From: a virus
Taxonomy: Duplodnaviria > Caudoviricetes
Direction: 5' to 3' (one strand)
Length of the DNA: 64,000 nucleotides
Virus record (IMG/VR): IMGVR_UViG_3300033075_001536
Location: 106,679 to 170,678 of that record
Part shown: positions 20,084 to 30,964 of the stretch, piece by piece
Layout: every line of letters starts with the position of its first letter
Numbering within the stretch: position 1 is the stretch's first letter
Program-made: the position numbers and the translations under genes
The notes under the pieces: generated by a model
The model's database searches: none
Told to the model about the DNA's origin: nothing
The model's input: the letters and a program-made list of their open reading frames with translations, nothing else

Positions 20084-21079
20084 TTATAGAAAATCTATAT
20101 TATTTAGTTTGTTTAAGTTATATTTGAATTTTTCGTTGTTTAATATTCCAGTTACCACAGAGATATTTACCTCATAGATATTTTCATATGAATCAACTTT
20201 GAAAATGGAACTATCATAATCACATTCGATGACAACACCGGTTATTGATATGGTGTTTCCTTGAAAGTCCTCCCAATCAAATTCCAGTTCGGTTCCTGGG
20301 TAGATATTTCTATTTTTTATTTCTTTTGGATTACTTGTTTTACCAATGTGATCTTGAAGTTCATTAATAATCATATTTCTCCATTTATTATCTAGTAGTT
20401 TAAACATATTAAATAAATTATCGGAAAAATAAACAGATAGCTCATTGAATAGTTCTATATTTGTGAAACTTTCATTGGTTAAGTGAGTCTTTAATAAGAA
20501 GTAATAGGTATTGAAATCAACCCTAGATGGTTTTCTTCTGTTATTTAAAAAGTTTATGGTGGTGTTTTCAGTTAAAACCTTATACACTTTTTCCTTTACT
20601 AACTTGGATCTTAAATATTGCTCGTTATCGTTGGATTCTAGGAAAAATGGGGAAGACCTATCTAAATCAAACTTGTCATTAAAGTACATAAAAGAGGCAT
20701 CTATTTCTTCCTCCTCTGTCTTTTCTTCTTTTTTGCCTTTAAATATAGAGTCATATTTAAGAGAGTGTTTACCTTCAACTTTATGTTTAGATAGAATAAC
20801 TTCAGGATCAGTATCGTCCACCTCTCCTATTATTTCTTCTAAAATCTCATCTACATTCTTAGATTCGTCCTTTTTTGGTGACTCTTCTTCAAACAAATCA
20901 TCATCCGATATTTCAATAACTATATCTATATCTTCGTCTTCATCTGAAATGGATGATCCAGATTCTGGCTCACATTGAGCCTCTTCTTCAATCTTTTCTT
21001 CTTTTTCAAAATCTTTAGGCTCTTCATCTAAAATTTCGTCATCTTTTTCAATTTCGTCATCTAATTCTTTTTTAATCAT
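20084..21079 (-). CDS. hypothetical protein with acidic N-terminal region
   Basis: 331 aa, between helicase and RNR on the same strand. Confidence 0.6.
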   Translation of the reverse strand: MIKKELDDEIEKDDEILDEEPKDFEKEEKIEEEAQCEPESGSSISDEDEDIDIVIEISDDDLFEEESPKKDESKNVDEILEEIIGEVDDTDPEVILSKHKVEGKHSLKYDSIFKGKKEEKTEEEEIDASFMYFNDKFDLDRSSPFFLESNDNEQYLRSKLVKEKVYKVLTENTTINFLNNRRKPSRVDFNTYYFLLKTHLTNESFTNIELFNELSVYFSDNLFNMFKLLDNKWRNMIINELQDHIGKTSNPKEIKNRNIYPGTELEFDWEDFQGNTISITGVVIECDYDSSIFKVDSYENIYEVNISVVTGILNNEKFKYNLNKLNNIDFL

Positions 21080-21097
21080 TAAGATTTTTATTATTTT

Positions 21098-22423
21098 TTA
21101 TACGTCTATAAACGTATCATTTTCTAGCAAAAGATAAGTTGGATTTAAATTTATCTTAACTTGTGATTTTAGAAAATCACCATCTCTCTGCTTCAACAAT
21201 TTGAATCTAAATACATTTTGTCTTTTCATTTCTTCGGTTCTTATTATAGCAAAGAAGGTGTCAGCAGTTTCAGCAATTGCTTTAGATTCTGGGACAGATT
21301 CCAAGGTAATATCATTGGAGTTCCATGCTCCTTTAGCAAGTTGTATTCCGGTAATCACCGGAATTTTATATTTAGCCCCCATGGCTCTAAGTCCTTCTGC
21401 CAAATGCTTACCATTGGAGTATAGAGAATCATTATTTCCCTTACTACCAGCAATAAGCGTAATATAATCCACTATTAATAGATCTATTTTTATATTTCTT
21501 TTTTCTTTTAATTTTTGTATATAATTATCAAAATCTTGGATATTTGCTGTACCAGCTGCCCAGAATTTAGTAATTATTTTACCCACTTTCTTCTCAAATA
21601 AATCATCATTTCCTAATGTAGATAGTGCTTTTATTTTTTTCTGAATAAGCGCTGTATCTTTAGATATTTTATCATAGTCATTGATGGGTATCTTTAAGCG
21701 CATAGCGCCAAGTCTCTTCATTACCTTTCTTTCACTCATTTCCAGAGTTACATATAAAACATTATATCCAAGATCTGCTGACTTTACTGCAAAGTTTTGC
21801 ATCCAAAGGGATTTACCATTATTGGTCTCTGCCATTATAAGATTTAGTGTTTGAACATCCCATCCTCCACCTAACATATGATCAATGGATTCAAATCCGC
21901 AAGATACTTTAAATCTGGAGGTGTCTTGTAGGTGAGATTCTGCCTCATCAAAGTCAGAACCAAGGTCATCTTCATTAACGAAGTTAGTAGATGACATATC
22001 ATCAACAATAGCTTTTATTTTATTGGCAGCTTCGATTGCTTTTTCAAAATTTGAAATTGAATCGAAATTTCTGGTTTCATCAATGATATCTACGGTTCCA
22101 GTTTTGAGACGATTAGTTAAAACCCAAGCGTTAAATTTTGGCTCTATGAAGTTTTTATCATCATACTCCGTTAAATTGACTTGTAAAATTGATTTTAAAA
22201 TTTCCTTGGTGATAATTCCTTCTCTATCCTCCAGAGAAACCATTTCAAGAATTTGCCTTGGTGATGGAATTTCAGCATCTGGTTTATCAGTCATATACTT
22301 TCTAACAACACCATAAACAAATTGAATATCTGTATTTCTGAAAAAGTACGGTTTTACAATTTCGAAATATTTTTTATTTTTGAGTATATAATTAAAGAAT
22401 ACTTTTTCAAGTGTCGGGGTCAT
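21098..22423 (-). CDS. replicative helicase, T4 gp41/DnaB-like
   Basis: AETNNGKS Walker A, TLEMSE, IVDYI, TGIQL, KQRDG. Confidence 0.9.
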   Translation of the reverse strand: MTPTLEKVFFNYILKNKKYFEIVKPYFFRNTDIQFVYGVVRKYMTDKPDAEIPSPRQILEMVSLEDREGIITKEILKSILQVNLTEYDDKNFIEPKFNAWVLTNRLKTGTVDIIDETRNFDSISNFEKAIEAANKIKAIVDDMSSTNFVNEDDLGSDFDEAESHLQDTSRFKVSCGFESIDHMLGGGWDVQTLNLIMAETNNGKSLWMQNFAVKSADLGYNVLYVTLEMSERKVMKRLGAMRLKIPINDYDKISKDTALIQKKIKALSTLGNDDLFEKKVGKIITKFWAAGTANIQDFDNYIQKLKEKRNIKIDLLIVDYITLIAGSKGNNDSLYSNGKHLAEGLRAMGAKYKIPVITGIQLAKGAWNSNDITLESVPESKAIAETADTFFAIIRTEEMKRQNVFRFKLLKQRDGDFLKSQVKINLNPTYLLLENDTFIDV

Positions 22424-22447
22424 TTAAAGATTAAAACTAATTTATTA

Positions 22448-22473
22448 TTATATTACTCGTATGAGCTAAGTTT
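22448..22473 (-). promoter_or_regulatory. AAACT-N14-AATATAA motif
   Basis: Exact motif upstream of helicase gene. Confidence 0.5.
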
Positions 22474-22485
22474 ACTATATATTAC

Positions 22486-24975
22486 TTAGTCGATAGAAGG
22501 ATTTTCTAATTCATTGGTTTCTTTAGATTTTTCTTGTTCTTGTTTTAAAATATTTTCATGTTTTTCCCAGAATCTATTAAACACCCAAATGATTCCGTCT
22601 CTTCCATTAGATCCATCTGTGTAGCACTCCTGTGATATAATGTCTCTATATTTAGAGAAAGTCTCGATAATTTTTACTATGTATCTTCCAAAATCACCAG
22701 AAACTTCTGAATAACAAAGGTGTCTTAGAAATTCTCTGTCTGATTTCAGGTCTTGTATTTCTTGGTCTTTAAATCTTAGATCATTTCCTCGATACTCCAT
22801 AAGACTATTAAATGGACTATTTGAATCCTTATTCCCATTGATTATAGATACTAAAATATAAACAGCAATTCCTTTCCTGTATCTTTGTAGTGCTTCTTTC
22901 CACTCTTCAACGGAAGTTTCCTTTCCTTTTGGAGAAACTCTGTAATTACCATAGTTGCTATTTCTATAAAAAGCTCGTATATTATTAGATGTGGATTCTA
23001 GTTTTAAGAACCCCTCAAAATCATATCCATAGTAACTTGAATCATGCATGACTTCGGTAAATTTATTTATTACCCATTCTTTGATAGATACTATTCCACC
23101 AAGTTCAAACTTCATTTGAAGATTGTTGTAATCATTATAGTTATTTTTTAAATAATTATCAGCACTGCTAAACATACTAACCAAGGTATTAGATCCATCT
23201 ATCTTATTGTTTATATCTTGAATTTCTTTATACAACATTCCTCTATATAAAATTTGCTGAAATTTATTAATTCCCATCCATCTGGTCTCTATTACTTCTA
23301 AATTAAAATAATCCACAATAGCTTTATCACAGAACAATTCGTCTCTATAATATAGTCCAAATGGGTAGTACCCACTATCCAATTTAATGCCTAAGATGTA
23401 ATAACTTCCGTCTATGGAGATTAGTCTAATAAATTCCTTTACAATCATATCTCCATCAACTATTTCATATCGTTTTGGTACAGATTTTAGAGTATCTAAA
23501 TTTTGTTGACCTGTGAGTGTTCGTATTTTAATACCATTTAGCTCAGTGGTTGAGTTTCCAACTTTGTAGAAATCGATGTAATTGGATCTTCTTCTCAAAT
23601 TTTGTATTTTTGGTGTCCAGTAGTCTCCTTCTATAATTGGTGGAACACAATCTTCTTTTCTTAGATATATTTCACCATAATCATAAACATCTGCACAGGC
23701 ATATAAACCTTCACCCTTTTGTAAAAGAATTCCAGGATATTTTCCATTATTTTCAACTCTTCTACCCTCGATTTTATAGACATCGTATAAATTATTTTTT
23801 GGAATCAATCCCCATTCAGTTTCAACTAAGCTGTTTTTTAAATAATTTTGTTTATATAGGTCTAAATAGGTTATTTCTTCTTTAAACCCATAGGTACCAT
23901 TACCCTCAGCATATACTAATTGGTCTCTTGGAATCCAATCTTGAATGGTGTATATTCCAGCAGCATCTCTTCTTTCAATAAACTCACAATCTCTTTCTCT
24001 AACAATATCTTTAGCATAATAGGAAATAACGAATCCATTCATTCTTTCTGGTCGACCAGATGTATTTCTAACCTTAACATATGGTCCGTTCAATCCGCTA
24101 TAATTACTTAAAATAGAGTCCTTTGGATATAAGTAGTAAATGCTATCCATGTATGGATATTTTTTAAAGATTGTTTTTTGTAACTTTACCTTAAATGTTC
24201 CTCCATTACCATTCCAATGTGAATTGACAAATTTTTGCCCACCAAGATCTATTCCTAGTTTTTCAGCAGCAAAGTCATACATTGTTCTTTGCATATGGTC
24301 GTGTGTGTAGTAAATTCTGTCTAGGTAAATATTTGATCCATTCACCGGAGTTTCTAATTTCCAAACAATTGCTCTTGCTACTAAATCATTATTGTCATCT
24401 ACATAGATTAATAACCGACAAGATTCTGGATTTAAAGCATAAATGTCTAGAAAATCTTGAGTAGTCTCGTACCTCATACAAGAATTATTTAAGGTTCCAC
24501 CACCTTTATTATAGTTTTTTTCATTATACCAGAATCGAATATCTTCTCCACTAACAAATCGCATTTTTTCATCCGATTTAGCATACTTTTTGTTCCAAGT
24601 GGCTTTGTATAGATTAACAAATTTTTCGATATCAGCATCTGATATATTTTCACCATTAGAAATTAATATTTGACGAACAATTCTACCGATTTTAGCTATA
24701 TTTCCTTTCTTAGAAAATGGATCCTCACCAGCTTCCTTTGCTCTTTTACCTTGTCCATCATTTAGGAAGTTTAATTCATCATTTGATTCGGCTGGTCTAA
24801 GATAATTTTGTGATAATTTTAAATCTTTTCTATTGGTTATAATTTTAACCAATGAAGCCGCAATTGGAGAACTTGTTTCCATGTATTTCAATAATTGGAA
24901 TAGCTCACTATCAACCTCCAAAAGAGATTCAAATAGTTTGAACATAGAAAATATATTATATCTACTTAATTTCAT
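22486..24975 (-). CDS. large protein with KxGR + SCM domain (paralog 1)
   Basis: KIGRIVRQIL, GTLNNSCMRY, ARAIVW, YLDRIY, YPYMDS. Confidence 0.65.
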   Translation of the reverse strand: MKLSRYNIFSMFKLFESLLEVDSELFQLLKYMETSSPIAASLVKIITNRKDLKLSQNYLRPAESNDELNFLNDGQGKRAKEAGEDPFSKKGNIAKIGRIVRQILISNGENISDADIEKFVNLYKATWNKKYAKSDEKMRFVSGEDIRFWYNEKNYNKGGGTLNNSCMRYETTQDFLDIYALNPESCRLLIYVDDNNDLVARAIVWKLETPVNGSNIYLDRIYYTHDHMQRTMYDFAAEKLGIDLGGQKFVNSHWNGNGGTFKVKLQKTIFKKYPYMDSIYYLYPKDSILSNYSGLNGPYVKVRNTSGRPERMNGFVISYYAKDIVRERDCEFIERRDAAGIYTIQDWIPRDQLVYAEGNGTYGFKEEITYLDLYKQNYLKNSLVETEWGLIPKNNLYDVYKIEGRRVENNGKYPGILLQKGEGLYACADVYDYGEIYLRKEDCVPPIIEGDYWTPKIQNLRRRSNYIDFYKVGNSTTELNGIKIRTLTGQQNLDTLKSVPKRYEIVDGDMIVKEFIRLISIDGSYYILGIKLDSGYYPFGLYYRDELFCDKAIVDYFNLEVIETRWMGINKFQQILYRGMLYKEIQDINNKIDGSNTLVSMFSSADNYLKNNYNDYNNLQMKFELGGIVSIKEWVINKFTEVMHDSSYYGYDFEGFLKLESTSNNIRAFYRNSNYGNYRVSPKGKETSVEEWKEALQRYRKGIAVYILVSIINGNKDSNSPFNSLMEYRGNDLRFKDQEIQDLKSDREFLRHLCYSEVSGDFGRYIVKIIETFSKYRDIISQECYTDGSNGRDGIIWVFNRFWEKHENILKQEQEKSKETNELENPSID

Positions 24976-25727
24976 ATTTTTTCCTTTATTAATTCAACAT
25001 TTTTTGGATGCTTGTTATCCACTTCAACATCTTTTAAAGCTTTGTCCTTATTTACTTTTATTTTACCTTTTATTTTATCAATAATATATGATATTCCATT
25101 TTTTGCAATAATTGAACCTACTCCAACCCCTATAGCTAGGAAGTTTCCAGGAAGAGAATCTATGGTTAGGTTATATTTTCCAACAACAGCTCCCACAGCA
25201 TTTAAAACCGGAATTAAAAATGAAGTATAAGTAAACATATCATATATATATTCTGCTATTTTTCCAGAATGTTTACCAATCAAATTAAATATTGATTGTA
25301 TAGATTTAAAGCAACTAATTACTTTTTTTACAATATTATTTCCAATTCCATTTAATTTTAATTCTTCTAACATGGTTTTGGAATCTTTCTTTAAGCCAAC
25401 ATCTTTTTTAGGATCTTTTTGTTCTTCTAAATAAATAATAGTTAGAGCTGTTATAATTAATAGAACTATTTTTTCAGGATTCATATCGATATTTAATTTG
25501 CTGTTATTGACTAAATCGAATATGATTGGATATACTGCTGTTATTCCAGTTCCATAAGTTGTTAGAATGGTGAAATTTAACTTTAGATCTTTTTGAGTTT
25601 TCTTAACAACATCTTCAATGAAAGATTTTTCCACTTTGTCTTCTAAAATCTTTGATCTTAAGTTTTCAATAAAATAATCGGTCATATCCGACTCCAGTGA
25701 CACTTCGTGGAATTTTTTTATTTTCAT
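24972..25727 (-). CDS. putative membrane-associated protein, CTS-like N-terminus
   Basis: Several hydrophobic segments; MKIKKFHEVSLES. Confidence 0.55.
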   Translation of the reverse strand: MKIKKFHEVSLESDMTDYFIENLRSKILEDKVEKSFIEDVVKKTQKDLKLNFTILTTYGTGITAVYPIIFDLVNNSKLNIDMNPEKIVLLIITALTIIYLEEQKDPKKDVGLKKDSKTMLEELKLNGIGNNIVKKVISCFKSIQSIFNLIGKHSGKIAEYIYDMFTYTSFLIPVLNAVGAVVGKYNLTIDSLPGNFLAIGVGVGSIIAKNGISYIIDKIKGKIKVNKDKALKDVEVDNKHPKNVELIKEKI

Positions 25728-25831
25728 ATCTATTATATATTAATATCTACAATCAAAAATGATATTTTAGAAAAAGAATAAAAAACGGCTTTTGGTTTTT
25801 TATATATAATTAAAAATCGGTAAAACTAAAC

Positions 25832-26389
25832 ATGAAACATTTAAAAAAATTTGAAAACTTCACAGAAGATAATTTCTCACATGCTGGATTTCCTAGTCCA
25901 AGTATGAACCCATCTACGGAACTAGAAACAGATCCATCAGAAAATGAATTTGATCAAGAAGAAGAGTTCTTCGATGATGAAAAAGATTTGCGTTATGATG
26001 ATAACGGTGCTGAAGAATTAGATAGACTTGACTATGAAAATACAGAAGATTCTGACGATGAGTTCAATGACTTTGGTGATGATGAAGATGATTTTGATGA
26101 TGAGTTTACCGATGGGGATGATGAATTTTCAGATGAAGGTGATATCGACTTTGAACCAGAAGATGAATTTGGTGTAGAAGATGGTCAAAATTCACGTGTT
26201 AAGGGGTTTGATGATTTTGCTTCAGAGGAGCCGGTTAGTGATGAGCTAGTTGATGATTCTGGACTAGAAGAAGATGATTTTGAAGATCATGGTGATTTTG
26301 ATGATTTCCCTGTTGAAGAGCCTAAATTAGAAAGAAACAGTTATAGAAGACAATCTTCAAAAACTCCAAGAAGAGCAAGAAGAAGATAA
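25832..26389 (+). CDS. highly acidic low-complexity protein with Arg-rich tail
   Basis: MKHLKKFENFTE, D/E/F-rich body, ...PRRARRR. Confidence 0.7.
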   Translation: MKHLKKFENFTEDNFSHAGFPSPSMNPSTELETDPSENEFDQEEEFFDDEKDLRYDDNGAEELDRLDYENTEDSDDEFNDFGDDEDDFDDEFTDGDDEFSDEGDIDFEPEDEFGVEDGQNSRVKGFDDFASEEPVSDELVDDSGLEEDDFEDHGDFDDFPVEEPKLERNSYRRQSSKTPRRARRR

Positions 26390-26394
26390 AAATA

Positions 26395-26424
26395 AAAAAA
26401 CCTCAGACTATTCTGAGGTTTTTT
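26395..26424. terminator. bidirectional intrinsic terminator
   Basis: AAAAAACCTCAGA-CTAT-TCTGAGGTTTTTT. Confidence 0.8.
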
Positions 26425-26617
26425 CATTTAAAATTTGTTCAAGTGTTTGATCTCGAATTAGTCCACGATTATGTTTATAATAATATTCAATAACCGTTTG
26501 TCCATTCTGTCCAGTCTGAATACAATAATCCTGCACCTCCTCCGATGTTAGTCCAATATCATATCCATTACAATATATTTTACCATTTTCTATCTTTATA
26601 TTAGTATCATTAAGCAT
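26408..26617 (-). CDS. small protein with C-terminal RDxxLxxIL tag
   Basis: ...IRDQTLEQILNE. Confidence 0.55.
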   Translation of the reverse strand: MLNDTNIKIENGKIYCNGYDIGLTSEEVQDYCIQTGQNGQTVIEYYYKHNRGLIRDQTLEQILNEKTSE

Positions 26618-28277
26618 TTTGTTTAATATTCACTTTTTGTATAGATTCTTGAACCCATTCTGGTATTAAATGTCCTGAATGTCTCAGAACATCAGAAAAT
26701 CCACCATCAATAATAATAGTATCTGCCCAATCATCTATTGATCTAACTGATCTTCCAATCATTTGTAATATCCCACAAACTGTCTTCCAAGAATACCATT
26801 CAGGATTGTATTTTTGTCTTAGTTTATTTTTTTGAGAAGCTATACTTGGATATGGTATTTTAGCAATGATCTGAAATCTTGCTTTATCATCATCAAAACT
26901 AACCCCTGTGTCCATACTTGGAGAAACTATAACACTTGCTTTATCGGTATCGAAGTGTGTTTTTAAAACTTCATCTTTATTGGATGAATCATGGAAAACC
27001 AATCTAGGATCATGTACATCTCTTTCAAACCACTTAGCTAATTCAAATGAATTGGTGTGTATAATTCCTTTTTTATCTGAATATTTCTTGAGTATTTTTC
27101 CAACATAAGGAACAAATTTTTTAAATGTTTCTTCTTTTGTTTTATAAGACATTTTACCAACCGGCATATAGTAAATTGGTCTTGATTTTAGTGGGAATGG
27201 TGATTTTATAGAATAGTAGGTTGCTTTAGAAACATCTAGTCCATTTAGTTGACAAAATAGACTTTTATCTAAAATTGTTCCAGACATCATGAAAACCATA
27301 TCATATTTTGAAAATATGTATTTATCAAGGTAGTCAAATGCCCAAATTGGTTCTAATGACAATTCGTGTTTTTTAGTTTTTTCGTTGTAGTTGGATTCTA
27401 ATACCCAATTGTTTGGATTAAGTTTATATTCCTTTAGAAATACTTCAATTTTTGTTTTATATTGAGTTAGATCGGTAATGATCTTCATCATTTTTATATC
27501 CTTATTCTTTGTTCCAAGAAGTCTTCCTAATTTATTCTCTCTTCTATCACCAAGTTCGGTTCTCTCTTCGGTAGATAGTCCCCTATCTATATCTCCAATT
27601 GTGCTTGTTATTTCTCCAGATAGATATCCAAGAAAATCAATATACTCTGTAATTGATTTTACCTTTTTTAACTTTTTTATAATTTCATTTTCATTGCTAA
27701 ATTTTAATCTCTCAATAACCGTTTCTGTTATTTTAATAGAGATAAAATCAGACATCACATCATCAAATTCGTGTGCTTCATCTACGATTAAAACATTAGC
27801 TCCTCTTGATTCTAGAAGTTTTGGATTATAAAGAGCATATAAAATGTATAAATAGAAATTGGTGAGTGATATTCCACCAGCAATGTATCCATCCTTTGCA
27901 TAATTATATGGACATGATTCACAAGTTGTTTTATTTAATCGATTAAACTCAGCTCCTTGGGCACATGAACATGAATATTTTTCACATTCATAGTTTTCTT
28001 TGCCTTTTAGATCGTTAATAGAATCATAAGTTTGACTATATTGATCTTGGAGAATTTTCGAATTGGTGATAATATCAATTTTGGAAAAATTAGATACATT
28101 TTTTCTGTACCAATCTACAATCATTAGTGAGAGGTGACTTTTTCCAACACCTGGTGGTAAATTCAGTAGAAAAAATTTTTTAGTTTTATCTTTTTTCCAT
28201 TCTGAATCAATAAAGTTCATGGTCTCAAGTTGCTCTGGACGAGGCTTGAATTTTTGCAAATCTTTCTTTAAGGACAT
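26610..28277 (-). CDS. DinG/Rad3-like SF2 helicase
   Basis: RPEQ, PPGVGKS, DEAH, MSGT, KIPYP, QMIGRSVR; Cys cluster. Confidence 0.88.
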   Translation of the reverse strand: MSLKKDLQKFKPRPEQLETMNFIDSEWKKDKTKKFFLLNLPPGVGKSHLSLMIVDWYRKNVSNFSKIDIITNSKILQDQYSQTYDSINDLKGKENYECEKYSCSCAQGAEFNRLNKTTCESCPYNYAKDGYIAGGISLTNFYLYILYALYNPKLLESRGANVLIVDEAHEFDDVMSDFISIKITETVIERLKFSNENEIIKKLKKVKSITEYIDFLGYLSGEITSTIGDIDRGLSTEERTELGDRRENKLGRLLGTKNKDIKMMKIITDLTQYKTKIEVFLKEYKLNPNNWVLESNYNEKTKKHELSLEPIWAFDYLDKYIFSKYDMVFMMSGTILDKSLFCQLNGLDVSKATYYSIKSPFPLKSRPIYYMPVGKMSYKTKEETFKKFVPYVGKILKKYSDKKGIIHTNSFELAKWFERDVHDPRLVFHDSSNKDEVLKTHFDTDKASVIVSPSMDTGVSFDDDKARFQIIAKIPYPSIASQKNKLRQKYNPEWYSWKTVCGILQMIGRSVRSIDDWADTIIIDGGFSDVLRHSGHLIPEWVQESIQKVNIKQNA

Positions 28278-28307
28278 ATTTTATTTATAGATAAAATGTT
28301 TGGAAAG

Positions 28308-28919
28308 TTAGAGTTCTTTAAATCTTTTTATTCCTTCAAATTTAACATCAGTGAATAGGTCTTTCATTTTCTTTTTTATCTCCCCATCTTTATCTTCAAG
28401 TGATTTATATAGATTTTTTAAATTTTTATCCGATTGATCCTTTTCATATTTTCTACATTTGAATGTAAAGTCTATGAACTGAATTATCGAATCATCTTCG
28501 GATGGGGTTGGTAGAATATCTTTTGATATCTGTAATTCACCAAGTGTTCTATATCTTTTATTTAAAATTTTATTCTTTTCAGAATAGCAATTTGAAATTA
28601 CGGAAACTATTTCTTGCTTATCTGGAACTGATTTGAATTCCATTTCAGCACCAGTAGTCCTAAAATATATTTTTAATAATTTATACTCTTCGTCAATTCT
28701 GTCGTGTAGTTCTTCAATGTTTTCTAAAATTTCTGAATAATCGTTTATTGAAAATCCAGCCTTTCCGCTTTTTTTAAAATTTTTACTAATACTAAATCTA
28801 AATTGCTCCCTATCATCATATCGATATGCCTTATGATCTGGTAAACTACCATAGGAAACGATATAGTCTTTATCTTCTAAGTCTATAGCAAAGTTCCGTA
28901 AATCTTCTTGAGTGATCAT
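28308..28919 (-). CDS. hypothetical protein
   Basis: FAIDLEDKDY family motif; ends GIKRFKEL. Confidence 0.55.
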   Translation of the reverse strand: MITQEDLRNFAIDLEDKDYIVSYGSLPDHKAYRYDDREQFRFSISKNFKKSGKAGFSINDYSEILENIEELHDRIDEEYKLLKIYFRTTGAEMEFKSVPDKQEIVSVISNCYSEKNKILNKRYRTLGELQISKDILPTPSEDDSIIQFIDFTFKCRKYEKDQSDKNLKNLYKSLEDKDGEIKKKMKDLFTDVKFEGIKRFKEL

Positions 28920-28935
28920 AGGATATATATTAATC

Positions 28936-29202
28936 CTATTTTTCCATATATGGCTCGCAAATGTTCCAAATTTCAGACATTTCCATTTCCATCTCTTTGA
29001 ATTTGAAGGAAATGTTTAATAGTTTTTTGGCCAACTGTTTACGATTTCTACCCATATCTCCCTCAGAGTCGGTTTCAAATTTTTTGGATAGAGCATTGAA
29101 TAGTTCAATTAGTGAATCATATCGAAGATTGCCTATTTTTTCTGCAAGTTCTGGATTGGATATTCCATTAACTGTTTCTAGATGATGTGAACAAGTTTTC
29201 AT
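28936..29202 (-). CDS. small helical hypothetical protein
   Basis: LAEKIGNLRYDSL...RKQLA. Confidence 0.55.
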   Translation of the reverse strand: MKTCSHHLETVNGISNPELAEKIGNLRYDSLIELFNALSKKFETDSEGDMGRNRKQLAKKLLNISFKFKEMEMEMSEIWNICEPYMEK

Positions 29203-29204
29203 AG

Positions 29205-29792
29205 TTAGTTTATTATTTCGGAAATTCGTTTATCTCTTCTAGTTTTAGTGGTTCCTTCAAATTTTGGAAACATATTCTCACCAACTTCAAGTAGTGTTTC
29301 TAATTTTCTTTTTATAGTATATCCATCTGGATGATCTGTTTTTTGTAGAAGTCTATTTTTATAAGAATAATAATAAAATCCATCTTCTTCTTCACATTTA
29401 ATTTCTTTAAAAACAGCGCTGACCCAACAATCATAAAAATTCCAATTGACATCATTATCAGGAGCAATTATACCAACTATGAGTATAATGGCTAGACAAA
29501 ATAGGGATATGGTTATACCAATTGTTGGTAAAGTGCTTAAATCAGTGTATACCAATTGATCATTTACTAATTTTTGTGGGGTTTTAAATTCTTTTACAGA
29601 ATAAGAATTTTCAGATTGATAGACATAGGCAAATTTACCATTATTTTGGAAAGATGTAATTGGTTTTACACTGTAAATTTCATCTATATTTAGATAGCAA
29701 ATATAGGACAGAATCGATAATGATGATATTAAAACTATCTTATATCTATTTGACTTGATTACGAGACTAATAAATCTAAATATTTTTTTCAT
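29205..29792 (-). CDS. two-TM membrane protein with C-terminal RDKxIxxI tag
   Basis: Two hydrophobic helices; ...RRDKRISEIIN. Confidence 0.6.
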   Translation of the reverse strand: MKKIFRFISLVIKSNRYKIVLISSLSILSYICYLNIDEIYSVKPITSFQNNGKFAYVYQSENSYSVKEFKTPQKLVNDQLVYTDLSTLPTIGITISLFCLAIILIVGIIAPDNDVNWNFYDCWVSAVFKEIKCEEEDGFYYYSYKNRLLQKTDHPDGYTIKRKLETLLEVGENMFPKFEGTTKTRRDKRISEIIN

Positions 29793-29819
29793 GCTCTATT
29801 ATTAATATATAAATATAAG

Positions 29820-30314
29820 ATGTTTATTTTAAATTACAAAAGTTTCAGTGAAAATAGTTCTATTCTAGAAAGGGGTCGTATATACACAACCAATTTGACA
29901 CAGGTTAGAAAGATGGATAAAATTGACAAAGAAGAAATTGAATATATTTTACAGGATATAAGGGATGATTTTCCGTATTTAAATTTTGAAATTCTTTATA
30001 CACCAGAAAAAATTGTTGTCAATTCAAAGGATATAGAAGTCCCAATTCTTCAATATTTAATCGATAGAGATTTAAAACATATTCAGAAGGGTATTAGAAA
30101 TTCTATTATTGGAAAATTTGCTCAAAAAATTAAATCAAGTAAAACAATATCAGATCTACATAAAAAATTGGATCCATATATTAATGAAATAGAGGACAGA
30201 CTAAAAGATATCGGACTTTCTATTAGTTTTCAAATAAAGGATTTTGCTCCAGAGACTTCCTGGGCAGCCAACGGACCTGTTGATGTCATAAAAATTAGAC
30301 TTCATATATGGTAA
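29820..30314 (+). CDS. hypothetical protein, CTS-like N-terminus
   Basis: IEYILQDIRDDFP...EIEDRLKDIGL, similar to 3882-4217. Confidence 0.6.
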   Translation: MFILNYKSFSENSSILERGRIYTTNLTQVRKMDKIDKEEIEYILQDIRDDFPYLNFEILYTPEKIVVNSKDIEVPILQYLIDRDLKHIQKGIRNSIIGKFAQKIKSSKTISDLHKKLDPYINEIEDRLKDIGLSISFQIKDFAPETSWAANGPVDVIKIRLHIW

Positions 30315-30964
30315 TTAAAAAATTTAATGACTTTTTAGATGATGATACTTTATATATTTTTGATTTAGATGATACTCTAACAAAGAGTCCAAATTTTGAG
30401 GATTTAGCTATTGAATTGTTGAAAGAGTCAAAAAAAGTGGAAGAGCTTTTAGACAAATCTGTTAAATTGATTAATGTAAATAAAAAAGATTTGAAGTGGG
30501 AACATGGTAGAATCTATATTCCTGATCCAAATCATGAAATAAAACCAAAGGGAAACTGGGTTCGTAAAAAAACAAGAGTATATTTAACCTCACCAGATGG
30601 TTTTCATTATACCAATGATAGTTTGCCTGTTAGTCTAAAACCACTTTCAGAATTATATAGAAAGGTTAAAAATAAAGCAATTGTTACTGGAAGAGTGGAT
30701 GTTATTAAGGAAAAGTTGGAAAAGAGATTAAAAGAACTTGGTCTGGAACTACCAAATTGTGGGTTTTATTGCTATCCTCAAAGAAATGAAATATCAGAAA
30801 GAGTGGCTGCTTGGAAATCTAGAGTGGTGGTGGATATAATAAAAAAAGGAAAATTTAAGTCAGCTAAATTTTTTGATGATAATAAAAGATGGGTTCGAGC
30901 TGTTGATCTTTCTGTAAAAGAACATCTTCCAAATATTGAATGGGAATCTAAGATTGTTCGTTGA
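30308..30964 (+). CDS. HAD-superfamily phosphatase (RNA-repair/PNKP-like)
   Basis: IFDLDDTL, IVTGR, WKS, FFDDN. Confidence 0.75.
   Translation: MVIKKFNDFLDDDTLYIFDLDDTLTKSPNFEDLAIELLKESKKVEELLDKSVKLINVNKKDLKWEHGRIYIPDPNHEIKPKGNWVRKKTRVYLTSPDGFHYTNDSLPVSLKPLSELYRKVKNKAIVTGRVDVIKEKLEKRLKELGLELPNCGFYCYPQRNEISERVAAWKSRVVVDIIKKGKFKSAKFFDDNKRWVRAVDLSVKEHLPNIEWESKIVR

Noticed and set aside
26408-26617. LTSEEVQDY..TG as a gp23 'ELAQDL..HG' fragment
   Set aside because: Similarity is too short to call by eye. Kept only as a tag-bearing ORF pending a profile search.
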